Source: a virus
Length of the DNA stretch: 64,000 bases
Direction: 5' to 3' (one strand)
Virus record (IMG/VR): IMGVR_UViG_3300027769_000918
Span: 27,482-91,481 of that record
This document shows positions 32,564 through 43,322 of this stretch, piece after piece. Made by a program: the position numbers and the translations under genes. Within the stretch, counting starts at the first letter, position 1. Every line of letters begins with the position of its first letter. Under the pieces are notes generated by a model that searched no databases, was not told where the DNA came from, and saw nothing but the letters and a program-made list of their open reading frames with translations.

Positions 32564-32884
32564 TTATGATGATGTTATTTTTACGCCAGATATAAACATT
32601 GTAATTGCATTGTTATTTGATGCTGTTACAAGAATACTTTCTGCTGTGTTAAGAACTTGCTTAATGTCTAATGTCATAAATGTTTGTGGTGGAAGACTTA
32701 GCTGATAAGCCAAAAATGTTCCTGCCATTTTTACGTTAAATGTTTGTGCTGCTAACGTAATATTTTGTACTGTGATTGATGTTACTACATCTGTCTCTGC
32801 CGCTGGAACAGTCCAAACTCCTACTTCTGAAGTTGTAAGTGTTCCTGCATAAAAACGTGCTGGTAAGCTAACTGTTGTTGGCAT
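32564..32884 (-). CDS. small beta-sandwich adaptor ('xTVP' family)
   Basis: 'VWTVPAAETDVVTSITVQN...LDIKQVL...FISGV'; paralogue of 48073..48402. Confidence 0.6.
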   Translation of the reverse strand: MPTTVSLPARFYAGTLTTSEVGVWTVPAAETDVVTSITVQNITLAAQTFNVKMAGTFLAYQLSLPPQTFMTLDIKQVLNTAESILVTASNNNAITMFISGVKITSS

Positions 32885-32885
32885 T

Positions 32886-33218
32886 TTATATTACTCCCAT
32901 ATTCTGATAAATTGTAAAGTTGTTTAATTCATTTGCAACAGCTGCTACCTGTGTCGCTCCTGCTGCAGCTACTGCTGCTACTTGTGTGCTTCCTGCAGAG
33001 GCAACTGTTGTTACAGCACCAGTTACTGCAGTTGAGATGTCATTAAGTTTTGTATTTGTAGCTGCCAAAACATCGTTGACTCCCAAAAGATTTCCCATTG
33101 ACTCAATAGCTTTTGCTAAATAAACCAATTCTTGTGCGCCCAGGGAAGATCCACTAAGGGCTGCGACCTTAGTCTTAAAAAGATCGACTTGTGCTGTTAA
33201 GCTTGCATAATCTGGCAT
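32886..33218 (-). CDS. helical fibre anchor protein
   Basis: N-terminus 'MPDYASLTAQV' is paralogous to 34529..35191. Confidence 0.55.
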   Translation of the reverse strand: MPDYASLTAQVDLFKTKVAALSGSSLGAQELVYLAKAIESMGNLLGVNDVLAATNTKLNDISTAVTGAVTTVASAGSTQVAAVAAAGATQVAAVANELNNFTIYQNMGVI

Positions 33219-33255
33219 TATTGATCACCTCTTTGTATAGTATAGCATAATAACA

Positions 33256-33633
33256 TTATAAGGTAGGCTCCTCTGGCCACACTACTTCTGGCCCAGTTAC
33301 TGTGTCTGGCATATCTCTGAGTGCTTGCCTGTAAGTTTCCCACTCATTCTTTTTTTCATCTGACAAGTTTGAATTTAAAAGCTGTGTCCAATCAGACTTG
33401 ATCAATCTTTGATCTCTTTCGTCTCGAACATATCTTAATGTACTTTGAAGGGTTAGCCCATCTCTGTAATCAGACAATTCCTGCTCTGTCATAGGAGTTG
33501 GAATATTATTTTTTAATTGATAAAGTAGTCCTTCAATTTCATCAACTTCGTGCCATCCAAGGCCTGGGGATTCTTCTGAGTTTACAAACTCTTCTTGAAA
33601 ACCTTCTTCTGAAAATTTAATAAAATATGACAT
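33256..33633 (-). CDS. tail fibre assembly chaperone
   Basis: 'RDERDQRLIKSDWTQL...WETYRQALRDMP...WPEEP' signature; probable start at the TAATG overlap. Confidence 0.85.
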   Translation of the reverse strand: MSYFIKFSEEGFQEEFVNSEESPGLGWHEVDEIEGLLYQLKNNIPTPMTEQELSDYRDGLTLQSTLRYVRDERDQRLIKSDWTQLLNSNLSDEKKNEWETYRQALRDMPDTVTGPEVVWPEEPTL

Positions 33634-34529
33634 TATCTGTCTCCCAATAAAGCTGCTCTGTTCCAAATACGCCATGAATTTATGACGTTGAATTCATTAT
33701 TAAAATCATTATAAGTTGCTGCTGCTTCAGTTAATCTAAGGTCTGGTTGAATCCAGTAGTCTCCAAACGTTTGCTCTAAAGAATAAAACTTATTAATGTC
33801 GTAAACGTTATTTGAACGCCAGTAGTACATACTATTTGCTTGAGTAACAGCAACAGATGATGACGCTGGAATAGTTACGTTCCATGACCATGTGTAGTAA
33901 GAGTTTCCGCCTGTTCTATTTACTGGAACAGTCCATGACATTCCGTTTGCTGTAGAATAAAGTTTTCCGCTTGAATAAGATGGTGTTCCAATTGCTACTC
34001 CTGATCCTTCATATCCTGATGACCAATAATTTGAGTAATGCCCCCACATTGTAATTGTTTTATTAAGAGTTGGGTGAAAATTTCTTAAGAATATTGTTCT
34101 GAATCTCATTGGGTTATAGTTAGACCCGTTATTCCATTGAGAATAAGTTATTTCCCCTCCCACTACAGAGTTTTTAGCATATTCAATTACACCGTTTTCT
34201 TGGTTTGAACTATAGCTTAATGTATTTTGTCTGCTGTTTGTTCCGAGAGACATCCAGAATGCTCTTTCACAATCCGCCTGTGTGCTATTTGTTAAATAGT
34301 TTGTGTATGTTGTCCATGCTTCGCCAGATGACCAGGTGTATGCCCAGCCTTGCGCTCTATTTGTTGTGGAAGTAATTGTCGGAATGTGATAAGGATATCT
34401 AGTTCCGTCTGTGACTTCTCTCATGGTATTATCAATACCAGTTTTAATACCTAACGAAGCTGGTGTAAGATTAAGAGATGCTGCTGTTACTCCAAGTGTT
34501 GGGAGCCATACGTCTGAAAAATTTGGCAT
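33633..34529 (-). CDS. putative receptor-binding / fibre-tip protein
   Basis: Rich in aromatic residues, Asn, Ser and Thr; directly upstream of the fibre chaperone. Confidence 0.5.
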   Translation of the reverse strand: MPNFSDVWLPTLGVTAASLNLTPASLGIKTGIDNTMREVTDGTRYPYHIPTITSTTNRAQGWAYTWSSGEAWTTYTNYLTNSTQADCERAFWMSLGTNSRQNTLSYSSNQENGVIEYAKNSVVGGEITYSQWNNGSNYNPMRFRTIFLRNFHPTLNKTITMWGHYSNYWSSGYEGSGVAIGTPSYSSGKLYSTANGMSWTVPVNRTGGNSYYTWSWNVTIPASSSVAVTQANSMYYWRSNNVYDINKFYSLEQTFGDYWIQPDLRLTEAAATYNDFNNEFNVINSWRIWNRAALLGDR

Positions 34530-35191
34530 TAGGTTAGTGTCCATCCTCTCACGGCATCTGAATAAACTAATGTCATTCTAGCTCCGTTAATATTAACTAC
34601 AAGATTTTCTGCAAGTCCTTGGATCCGTTGAGAGTTTCTTCCAACTGTCCAATTTGTTGTTGCTGCCGCTCCAGTCATATCAATTAATTGAACTTGATAG
34701 CCTAGTGTTGGGTTTAATGGAAGTGTAATTGTAATTCCACCAGCATTAACAAATATTCTTTCATTATTTAAAGCTGTATAGTTAGATGTAATTATCTTCC
34801 ATGAGGAAGGTACTGTTGATAATGAAGTCTGAAGAGCAGAAACTGTTGATTGAAGTGTTGTATATTGAGCACCGTTAGTAGAAACAAAGCCTTCAATGTT
34901 TGTAACTTTTCCTTCAAGCACAGATATATCTGATTCTGCTTCTGTTAATCTTGTACCATTTGTTGAAGCAGCAAATGCTGTAATTGCTGCATCTTTAGCT
35001 GTATTAATTGTTGCAATTCCGTCAACAACAGAGTTATTGATATCTGCAACGCCTAAAGTATTAGCTATTGCATTTAATGCCGCTCCAACTAATTGAAGTT
35101 CATTCGCATCAAGTGAATCACTTGTCATTAAAGCAGAAGCTGCTGTTTTAAACTGAGTTATCTGAGTACTTAAGGATGAGTAGTCTGGCAT
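34529..35191 (-). CDS. fibre protein (coiled coil plus C-terminal beta domain)
   Basis: 'ITITLPLNPTLG...LVYSDAVRGW' fibre domain. Confidence 0.6.
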   Translation of the reverse strand: MPDYSSLSTQITQFKTAASALMTSDSLDANELQLVGAALNAIANTLGVADINNSVVDGIATINTAKDAAITAFAASTNGTRLTEAESDISVLEGKVTNIEGFVSTNGAQYTTLQSTVSALQTSLSTVPSSWKIITSNYTALNNERIFVNAGGITITLPLNPTLGYQVQLIDMTGAAATTNWTVGRNSQRIQGLAENLVVNINGARMTLVYSDAVRGWTLT

Positions 35192-35194
35192 TTT

Positions 35195-38100
35195 TTAGGC
35201 CTGCGCTTCCGTCCATGCAAGTACTGCTGATATATTTGCTGGTGCTGAACCGAGATTCGTAGCAACAATTGTAAGAATATCTGGGGCATTAGGGAAACCT
35301 GGTGCGGCTGTGCTGCCGTCTCCATTTAGAATAGAGTTACCTAGATCTCTTGCTTTTGAAAGGTCAATACGTGTTACAGAGTAGTTTGTACCTCCACCAT
35401 TATCTGTGTAGAAAGCGAAGATACGGTCTCCACCAGAAACGGTGTTTGTAGGAGAAAGAACTGGTGATCCAGTTGTTCCTGTTCCATCATGATAGATAAT
35501 TTGAGCAAGTGATCCAGATCCTACTCTTGAATCTGACCAAGCAGTTGGAATATTAACTCCGTTGAGAGACTGTGCATTCAAAATTCCTTCTACAAGGAAT
35601 TGTCCCTGTGCTAGCAAGTTAATACTGTATAGTTTTAGCTGCATGTTATTTGAAAGTTCACGCAGACCAAAGTTACGTCCTGTACCGTTATCAACAGAAG
35701 GTGCTACTCTAAGGGAAATTAATGGACGTGCCTGTTGGGTAGCGCCAAAGGTTTGCACTACAGCACCATTAGGGCTAACTGCTGAAGATGCTTCATCTAC
35801 TTGGGCAAGTGCATATGAAATTGTATTTGAAGTTGTATTGCTTACTTGGAATGTTCCGTTATAGAAGCTTGATGTAGTTGCTGTAGCACCTGCACCTACT
35901 GCTTGGAATGGAATATTGACCGATGCACGACTAAACAAAATTGTTGTACTAGTTGTACCAGTAATTGTCCATGTTCCATTAAACACGCTGTCTACTCCAG
36001 TAACAACTACAGTTTGTCCATTTCTATGTCTATGTGCAACAGAAGTTGTAAGTTCTGCTACGTTTGCAGTCAATCTCTTATATGTAATTGTAGATACATC
36101 GTTTACACCCGAAATTGTTGCATTAAATCCTGGAAGCAATGAGTGAGGTGCTGATGTTGTAATTGTTGCAACTCCAGATGTTCTTACTCTTGAAACAATT
36201 GTTGCTGAAACAGATCCAGAACCACCGACCTGCAAGTAACGCTGCATACCAGCTGTAAAGATGAAGGAAGCGTCATCATCGAAGCCTCCGTCCATAATTA
36301 CTGAAGATCCCCAGTGGCTCATAACAGGAGCACACTCTTGAGAAATAACTTGAACTGATACCTGAGCAGATCCTGAGCCTCCAGGAATTGTTGCGTCTGG
36401 TCTAAATGTTGCAGCTTGATATGTGCCATTTAAGCTATAGGCTGCACCTGAATAATATGTTACATAAGGTTGTCTACGAATAATATTCATAGCATAACCC
36501 TTTGCTGTTTGGCTATATGCTCCAATAGATGTGTACTTTGCAATCTCTACATAGCTTTCATCTTGGATTCTAATATAACCGTCTGATGGCCAGTAGTCTA
36601 CGTTATCAACATACATTACTGTATCTTGTGGAAGAAGGTTTGATCCTCTTACTGCGGTGCCACCTGCTACCAACTTTGAAAACTTTGTTGGCTCATTAAT
36701 AGCTTCATATCTTGCAGGCAAGTTACCTGATCTTTGATATGCTGCAAAATTATTGTTGTTATTTGAAATTTCATGACACCATGTAATCTTACCGCCTTGA
36801 CCTCTAAATCCATATCTAATTGTTCCAGCTCCATACCATGAATAATCAATGTATGTCATCTGCATCTTTGATGGATCAAACTTGTGTCCTGAAGGGCCAG
36901 TTCCGTCAAACTTATCTAAGTTCCACTCTGATTGAGGCACCTTAATAATCTGTACCTTACGAACCTTAACGCTTGATTGAGATGCACCACGATACGCTGG
37001 AGCAATTGTCATAGATGTATCTGATGCAATTTGAAGAACTCTGTAGGTTTGACCACGAATTACAATCTTGTCTCCTGAAACAAGTTGTTTCCTAAAAATT
37101 GTATCTGTTCCTGTTACGGTTGAATTAAATCTTGTTACCGCAATATTTCCTCTTAATGTATTAGTTGCCCATTGGCGACATGCAAAGATTCCTGATCCGT
37201 CATACTCAAAGAAAAATCCATCTTGCTCAGAATATAAACCAGCTCTTGTTGATGCACCCTTCCATTGATATGCTGTAACAAATACATTTACTCCGCCTGG
37301 AATTTGATCAATTGCTGATAGTGTATTTGTAAATACCACTATGTACTTAAATGTTGTAGCATCAATAATTGATGTCACAAGGTGAATTCCATTAAACGGA
37401 TTATATGTACCTGAAACTTCAACTCCGTCAATCTTTACATATGCTCCTGGTTGTAAATTGTGAGAAGCATTTGTTGTTACTGTAATTTGTTGAGATCCTG
37501 GAACAAGACCTGTTGAAGCAATATATTCTGCCTGAAATGTTGGGGTAAACTTTGTTCCAGTAGAGAACTGAATTGACTTACCTGACTGATATCTAAAGTA
37601 TCTACGTGTTTGACGCATTGTTTGTGTTCCACAGACGTTATTACCTGTAGAAAGAATAACTCCACCGTCATGTGGTCTGTGGTTTACATAACCTTCAGGC
37701 TTTGCATAAACACCCTGATCATTTGTATTAATTGGGTTGTTAATTTGTCCTGCTGCCATAAATGACATTGAGTTTGGTGTATCTACTGTGTCAATAAAGA
37801 AGCTTCCGTAAAAGTTGCTTCCTTCTTTTTGTGTAATAAGAATTGGTGTGCCTGGAAGAAGTCCGTGTGGCTTTGGTGAAACAATTGTAATTCTTGATGG
37901 AGTTGCTTGGTCTGATACTGCAGCAAATGCTCCTAGGTTTCCAACAACTCCACCCATAATGTGAGCGTTATCAAAAATACCTCCGCCATAAATAGATGTT
38001 AATGTTCCATCTATAATGTTTCCATTTACTCTTCCTTTTGCTGTGTAAGTAAATGTAGTTGATCCTGTTGGGGTACATAAAAATGTTCCATCTGCTGAGT

Positions 38101-38680
38101 CTGTTGTTGTTTCTTGAACAGAAATTACATCTCCTGCAGAAAGTCCGTGTGGCGAGTTGCATGTTACTGTAATTGTTGAAAATGGTGCTACGTTATCGCC
38201 TGTTACTGATAATAAATCTAATGCATTTCCTCCAGACGACCTTCCGTAGAATCCTGGGTAGTTCTGAATCATTGTAAGTGTTTCCCACTTGGAGTTCTGA
38301 ATACCGTATTCAAAGTCTGTATCAATAAGAGATTTAGGGTTTGCTGTGCGAAGTTTACCTACAGCATCAACCATATAATCTGCTGGTTCAAATCTTTCAT
38401 TATTCTCATCGTAAACAATTTGGAAACTGTCTGTTGGAAGCATGTCTGCTGTATTGTACTTTAAAACAAGTGTTGTAGATCCATGTGCGGCATCTGTAGT
38501 ATTATCTAGGGTGTGGCTGTAGAGACCGAGTGCTGGGTCTGCAAAATTATAAACAATCTTGTTTGCTGTTACGTTAGTAATTAACAAAAGCTTTTCTCTA
38601 CGAATTAGCTGAGGAAGCTTTAGAGTTCCTGTTAGTGGTGCAAACTCAATTTGTGTTAGGTTTAAAATTTTTCTTGCCAT
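35195..38680 (-). CDS. large multidomain virion protein
   Basis: 1161 aa; N-terminal 'LLLITNVT..IYNFADP' and repeated 'T...PHGL..G' beta modules. Confidence 0.65.
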   Translation of the reverse strand: MARKILNLTQIEFAPLTGTLKLPQLIRREKLLLITNVTANKIVYNFADPALGLYSHTLDNTTDAAHGSTTLVLKYNTADMLPTDSFQIVYDENNERFEPADYMVDAVGKLRTANPKSLIDTDFEYGIQNSKWETLTMIQNYPGFYGRSSGGNALDLLSVTGDNVAPFSTITVTCNSPHGLSAGDVISVQETTTDSADGTFLCTPTGSTTFTYTAKGRVNGNIIDGTLTSIYGGGIFDNAHIMGGVVGNLGAFAAVSDQATPSRITIVSPKPHGLLPGTPILITQKEGSNFYGSFFIDTVDTPNSMSFMAAGQINNPINTNDQGVYAKPEGYVNHRPHDGGVILSTGNNVCGTQTMRQTRRYFRYQSGKSIQFSTGTKFTPTFQAEYIASTGLVPGSQQITVTTNASHNLQPGAYVKIDGVEVSGTYNPFNGIHLVTSIIDATTFKYIVVFTNTLSAIDQIPGGVNVFVTAYQWKGASTRAGLYSEQDGFFFEYDGSGIFACRQWATNTLRGNIAVTRFNSTVTGTDTIFRKQLVSGDKIVIRGQTYRVLQIASDTSMTIAPAYRGASQSSVKVRKVQIIKVPQSEWNLDKFDGTGPSGHKFDPSKMQMTYIDYSWYGAGTIRYGFRGQGGKITWCHEISNNNNNFAAYQRSGNLPARYEAINEPTKFSKLVAGGTAVRGSNLLPQDTVMYVDNVDYWPSDGYIRIQDESYVEIAKYTSIGAYSQTAKGYAMNIIRRQPYVTYYSGAAYSLNGTYQAATFRPDATIPGGSGSAQVSVQVISQECAPVMSHWGSSVIMDGGFDDDASFIFTAGMQRYLQVGGSGSVSATIVSRVRTSGVATITTSAPHSLLPGFNATISGVNDVSTITYKRLTANVAELTTSVAHRHRNGQTVVVTGVDSVFNGTWTITGTTSTTILFSRASVNIPFQAVGAGATATTSSFYNGTFQVSNTTSNTISYALAQVDEASSAVSPNGAVVQTFGATQQARPLISLRVAPSVDNGTGRNFGLRELSNNMQLKLYSINLLAQGQFLVEGILNAQSLNGVNIPTAWSDSRVGSGSLAQIIYHDGTGTTGSPVLSPTNTVSGGDRIFAFYTDNGGGTNYSVTRIDLSKARDLGNSILNGDGSTAAPGFPNAPDILTIVATNLGSAPANISAVLAWTEAQA

Positions 38681-38692
38681 AGTTTTTGTCTC

Positions 38693-39313
38693 CTAGAATA
38701 TCATGCTTGTTGCTAAAAGTGTTGCATTGTTTTGTGATACATTTGTTAAGAACTCGTACTTTGGATAGTATACACCAAGATTTAATATCTGGTCTGCCTT
38801 CCAGCTATTAAGTTCAGTTATTACATTTTGTACTGCTGTTTCTCCAGCTGGACCAGTTGCTCCAGTTGGGCCAGTAATACCTTGTACACCAGCTGTTCCT
38901 ACAGGTCCCTTTAAGTTTCCTTGAAGTACCCATGTAGTATTTGTAGAATTATATTGGAAGTAGTCTCCAGTTGTCGTGTTTAAATATGTGTCTAGTCCTA
39001 GCTTGCTTGCTGGATTTTGTGATGTTGGGTTATTGATTCCTGTAAATGTATAAGAACCTCTTTGTCCCGCCACACCTTGTGATCCCGCTGCACCTGCTGC
39101 ACCAGTTGGTCCTGCTGGAATTTGAAAATTAAATATTGCTGCTGATGCTGTTCCACCATTTGTAATTGATGCTGCAGTTCCTGCTGAAACAGTTGTGACT
39201 GTTCCTACAGAAATAGTTGCGGCAGAACCTGTAGGTCCTGTTGCACCTTGGGGTCCTGGTCTTGAACCAGCGACGGTAACCCATGAGCTACCATTCCATC
39301 TTTTTAATGACAT
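38693..39313 (-). CDS. short collagen-like protein
   Basis: G-x-y runs with an 'ATISVGTVTT' spacer domain. Confidence 0.65.
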   Translation of the reverse strand: MSLKRWNGSSWVTVAGSRPGPQGATGPTGSAATISVGTVTTVSAGTAASITNGGTASAAIFNFQIPAGPTGAAGAAGSQGVAGQRGSYTFTGINNPTSQNPASKLGLDTYLNTTTGDYFQYNSTNTTWVLQGNLKGPVGTAGVQGITGPTGATGPAGETAVQNVITELNSWKADQILNLGVYYPKYEFLTNVSQNNATLLATSMIF

Positions 39314-39349
39314 TTTATGACCCTCCTATCCTAAAGTATACCAGAATGC

Positions 39350-42040
39350 TTATTCAAATCCCATCCAGGCTAGAGCTTTTAAATCTTCAAATACTGTTGA
39401 ATTTGAAGAAATAATATTATTTATGTTAGATGCGGTTACTATTGCTAGCCACTGCCCTTGACTTCTTACATACGCTAGTCCACTTGATGCGTCTGAAGCA
39501 ACATAGCCATTTGGGGCATTGGGTGGAAAATCTGCAACTGTTGCATAATTAGTAAATGTTAAATCTTTATAGTAACTTGGAGATTCATTTTCATTTATAT
39601 CTACCCATAATTGAACATTGTCTGGATTAGGGGGAGTAGCTCCAAATTCTACAATTGCCCCATCAAATTCATCTGTGTCAATCCATAGCTCTCCTTCGTA
39701 AGAAGGTGTACCTGGCTCATCTGCACTATAGATTAATTCTTGAATTGGTTCAACATTATCAACCCAAAATTCGTACTGAGCTGGATCTGGTGCAACACCG
39801 CCAGTAAAGAACTGATTGAACGGCGTATCGATATCATCAACATCAATCCAAAGATCTCCGTTTGCTGTTGCTCCCGTTGGTGGTGCAACCAAGCCAACAA
39901 AGAATGTGCTTGGTGGTGCAGTTACGTCTGTTGGAATTAGAGTTAATCCGCCGCCCCCTCCGCCAGAGCCTTGTATATCTTGCCAAAGAAGTCCATCCCA
40001 AACCTTTAGCTTGTCTAGAGGCTTATTGTAATAAATTTGTCCGTGTACTGGAGACTCAGGCGGAGAGTCTAATCCAATAATTACACCATTAGTATAAGTA
40101 TTCTTAGATGTCCATGTATTTGTTGTAGACAAAGAAAGATCTGAAGAGACATATTGCCAAGATGATGTTGATGCTTGCCATACCTTTAATGCTCGTGTTG
40201 TGCCGCTTCTAAACTCATCTGTATCAAACCAAAACGCTCCATCTGCTGGAGATGCTGGAGCAGATGCAGACATAATTGCTTTTGAAGGAGGAATAATTGT
40301 TTCTAAAATTAAATTATTTGTTGTGTCATCATATGTTGCTGTAATATTAGGATTTAATCCGTGTGTAAACAATGGAGCAATATAGTCTTGAGCTTGCTCT
40401 TGTGTCAATTGAGCAGTTACTGCTAGGTTAATTCGATTGGCAACATCGTCATATGTTGCTGTTACATTTGAGTGTCCTGCGTGTGTAAATAAGCTAGCTA
40501 CTGAGTCTTGTGCCGCTTCAGTAAATCCTGGAAGGTTTGCAGTAGTTATTTCAAAGTTTAATTTACCTGTTGGATCATCATATGTTACAGCAAGTCCAGT
40601 TGATTCTGTGTTACCAGAAACCATGCCACCAACGACATCTTGAATTCTTTCATCTGTATCAGCAAGTGCTAAATACGTGCTTGCAGCAGTAGTTATATCT
40701 AACTTAGTGGCAAGGGCGGTTGTTATTGTTGTTGCAAAACTAGCATCATTTCCTAAAGCATCTGCAATTTCTTTTAATGTATCCAACACTGCTGGAGCAG
40801 AAGCAACTAAGTCAGCAATCTTTTGATTTACATATGCCTGATCAGCAATTACAGATGTATTTACTGCTAGAGTTATTGTATTAGCAACATCATCATAAGT
40901 CTTCGTTATTCCATTGCCCGCCGTTAATGATGTGGCAATTGCATCCATAACCTCTTCATCGTCATAGTTTGCGCTTAAACTTAATGTAGCATTAGTATCA
41001 TTATATGAGACAGTTATGTTGTAGTGGGTTCCATCTGTAATTAGCTTTGCAGCTACATCTTGGACTCTTTCATCAATATCTAATTGTGATTGTGGAACAA
41101 AGCCATTTTCATCAAGCTCTGCAACTCCGTCTGCATTTCCTAGAATAGAAAGAGGGATATATGTTGTAGATGCTGTATTGCTTAGTCCAGATACTGCTGT
41201 ATCTACATATGACTTTGAAGCCATTGTGTTTGTATTAGTCCATAGGCCTGTTGTTGCGTTATATATTAAAACTTCGCCTGTAGCAGGAGCAGTAATTGAA
41301 ACATTATGTAGCTCTTCTAGTTCAAATCCATTTTGAACCTTAACAAAGATTTCTCCTTGGTTTGCATGTGCCCGTGTAACTATACCAATAAATACTAAGT
41401 GATTTGGAGCCTTTGGTTTATTTACTAATCCATATATTAGTGTTCCTGTAGGTCCAAGCCAAACTGGATCTCCATCTGCCGCTGTTGAAGTATCTAAGCC
41501 ATCAAGTAGGCCTTCTGTGACAACAAACCCATTTCCATTTGTAGACAAGTTTTGAGCAATAAGACCCATGGTCTTTGAAGATGCTGACTCTGTTGCATAG
41601 CCAGCTTTTGATACAACAATGTTTGTTCCATTAGCAGAACTTACATATACTGGCTGTCCTTTTGTTAGTGCTTCTGATGCACATACTGTATGCTTTAATA
41701 CAGATGTGTAATTTGCTGATGGAGCATTTGAAACAGTTAAAACAAGTTTATTTGCTATGTCATTATAACTAACAGTTAAATTAGAATGATCAGCATGGTC
41801 TAAGAGAGCTGCCGCTAAATCTTGAACCTCTTCGCCATCTAGAAAGTTTAGCTCTAGCTGTTTTACTTTATAATCAAGAGAAGCTGGGTCGGTAGAGTTG
41901 TTAACACCAACTTTTGTCTCAAGGGCTTCAATGGCATCATTTGCATTAGCGTGTTGGGCAGCATGGGATACGGTTTGTACTGAATCCGTAGATTGCGGAT
42001 TTACAAAGTCATCCTTGGAGGTTGGAAATGAGGTTGCCAT
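39350..42040 (-). CDS. long fibre shaft protein
   Basis: 896 aa; repeated 'E..QD......ITxTYDD.AN' units and C-terminal 'P...GxLWID' repeats. Confidence 0.7.
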   Translation of the reverse strand: MATSFPTSKDDFVNPQSTDSVQTVSHAAQHANANDAIEALETKVGVNNSTDPASLDYKVKQLELNFLDGEEVQDLAAALLDHADHSNLTVSYNDIANKLVLTVSNAPSANYTSVLKHTVCASEALTKGQPVYVSSANGTNIVVSKAGYATESASSKTMGLIAQNLSTNGNGFVVTEGLLDGLDTSTAADGDPVWLGPTGTLIYGLVNKPKAPNHLVFIGIVTRAHANQGEIFVKVQNGFELEELHNVSITAPATGEVLIYNATTGLWTNTNTMASKSYVDTAVSGLSNTASTTYIPLSILGNADGVAELDENGFVPQSQLDIDERVQDVAAKLITDGTHYNITVSYNDTNATLSLSANYDDEEVMDAIATSLTAGNGITKTYDDVANTITLAVNTSVIADQAYVNQKIADLVASAPAVLDTLKEIADALGNDASFATTITTALATKLDITTAASTYLALADTDERIQDVVGGMVSGNTESTGLAVTYDDPTGKLNFEITTANLPGFTEAAQDSVASLFTHAGHSNVTATYDDVANRINLAVTAQLTQEQAQDYIAPLFTHGLNPNITATYDDTTNNLILETIIPPSKAIMSASAPASPADGAFWFDTDEFRSGTTRALKVWQASTSSWQYVSSDLSLSTTNTWTSKNTYTNGVIIGLDSPPESPVHGQIYYNKPLDKLKVWDGLLWQDIQGSGGGGGGLTLIPTDVTAPPSTFFVGLVAPPTGATANGDLWIDVDDIDTPFNQFFTGGVAPDPAQYEFWVDNVEPIQELIYSADEPGTPSYEGELWIDTDEFDGAIVEFGATPPNPDNVQLWVDINENESPSYYKDLTFTNYATVADFPPNAPNGYVASDASSGLAYVRSQGQWLAIVTASNINNIISSNSTVFEDLKALAWMGFE

Positions 42041-42061
42041 ATATTATATTATACCCCCTGA

Positions 42062-42802
42062 TTAGTTATAGTTCTTGCGGTTCCAATACTTCTTTTTGTA
42101 GTAGCCGTCAGAACCTTTTGAGTGGCTTTTAATGTCAACCGTATAACGAGCTTCAAGTATTTTACTAATTTTCATAACCCAAGAATCTCTTTTGTATGGG
42201 AGCAGTTGAGCTATTGGAGTTCCTTTTGGAATAACCCCTTCAAAATCTTCTTTTAAAAAAAACGGAATATTACCAGATGGAACCCAACCATCGCTATCAA
42301 TAACTCCCGACAGTGTTGTAAATGGTAGATCAAGTCTATTAAAAGGATGTGTTACAAGTACAGAATATCCTCTTGGAACCTTCCACCCCCACTTTCCGCT
42401 CCAAACAAAATGATTTTGCATATGTCCAGGTGGCCTTGGTATAGTAGATCCACTTGAACCTTTTCTTTCATTTACCAGTCTGCTAAAAATTTGATTATCT
42501 TTAAGGGCATGGTTATGCAAAGTTCTTTTTTTATTAGGCTCAAAAGAACCATCTTGTTTTATTTTTCCATCTTCAATAACAACAAAGCCATCTTCTCTTG
42601 ATATTTTTAAATCATCAATAGTTGTTAAGGCGTAGCCAGTCAGCATTACATCAAGAAATGGTACACATGTTTTTAATCCTGCAGACTTTTTATCATCATA
42701 TACTTCTCCATCTTTATACCATTGAGGTATATGATTTTTCATGGGAGAGGGCTCAAGCATGTCTACCATATCTGGATAGGCTACGAATTTAATTTTTTTC
42801 AT
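42062..42802 (-). CDS. hypothetical beta-fold protein (DUF6065 / dUTPase-like fold)
   Basis: 'KTCVPFLD', 'PRGYSVLVTHPFNR', 'GVIDSD', 'IPKGTPIAQLLP' motifs; function uncertain. Confidence 0.55.
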   Translation of the reverse strand: MKKIKFVAYPDMVDMLEPSPMKNHIPQWYKDGEVYDDKKSAGLKTCVPFLDVMLTGYALTTIDDLKISREDGFVVIEDGKIKQDGSFEPNKKRTLHNHALKDNQIFSRLVNERKGSSGSTIPRPPGHMQNHFVWSGKWGWKVPRGYSVLVTHPFNRLDLPFTTLSGVIDSDGWVPSGNIPFFLKEDFEGVIPKGTPIAQLLPYKRDSWVMKISKILEARYTVDIKSHSKGSDGYYKKKYWNRKNYN

Positions 42803-42810
42803 TTATCCTC

Positions 42811-43083
42811 TTATGCTGGTGGTGTAAATGTTGTTCCGTCGTATGCCCAGTCGGTGCCTATTGCTACTTGTGAAATAAGCTCACCTTCTACACGATCTGG
42901 AAATGTTATATCTGTAATGTCAACAATTGTTGGATTACTCAAAATAATAGCCCACATTCTTTCGTCTGTAGCTAAAGTCTGAACAACTTTACCATCAATA
43001 ACATAAGCTAGTTTTTTAATGTTTTCTGCTGGCATTGCAACAGGAACATTTTGTGTGGCTAGCCACTCTTCATATACTGTCAT
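42811..43083 (-). CDS. small fibre-associated protein
   Basis: Probable start MTVYEE behind GGAGG; 'AYVIDGKVV...IILSNPTIVDIT...WAYDGTTF'. Confidence 0.6.
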   Translation of the reverse strand: MTVYEEWLATQNVPVAMPAENIKKLAYVIDGKVVQTLATDERMWAIILSNPTIVDITDITFPDRVEGELISQVAIGTDWAYDGTTFTPPA

Positions 43084-43322
43084 ATTATTTCCTCCTCTAT
43101 CTTTGTTTGTCCCCATTTTCCAATAGGGCATTCTGCATTTGGTAACTTTGTTTTTGCCGTCATAAGGCAACCACATTTTTTGCACTGGCTAGTAGTTTTT
43201 ATAAAAAAAGTACAACCTTTACAAATCTCAAGTCTTTGTTCTGCCGTTAATGTATCTACACGTCCTATTTTTTTATTATATAGGTCCCATGGCCTAGCTG
43301 GCCTTTCAAACGGATCAACCAT
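43080..43322 (-). CDS. Cys-rich DUF6171-like protein
   Basis: 'RLEICKGC...QCKKCGCLM..K......CPIGKW'. Confidence 0.7.
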   Translation of the reverse strand: MVDPFERPARPWDLYNKKIGRVDTLTAEQRLEICKGCTFFIKTTSQCKKCGCLMTAKTKLPNAECPIGKWGQTKIEEEII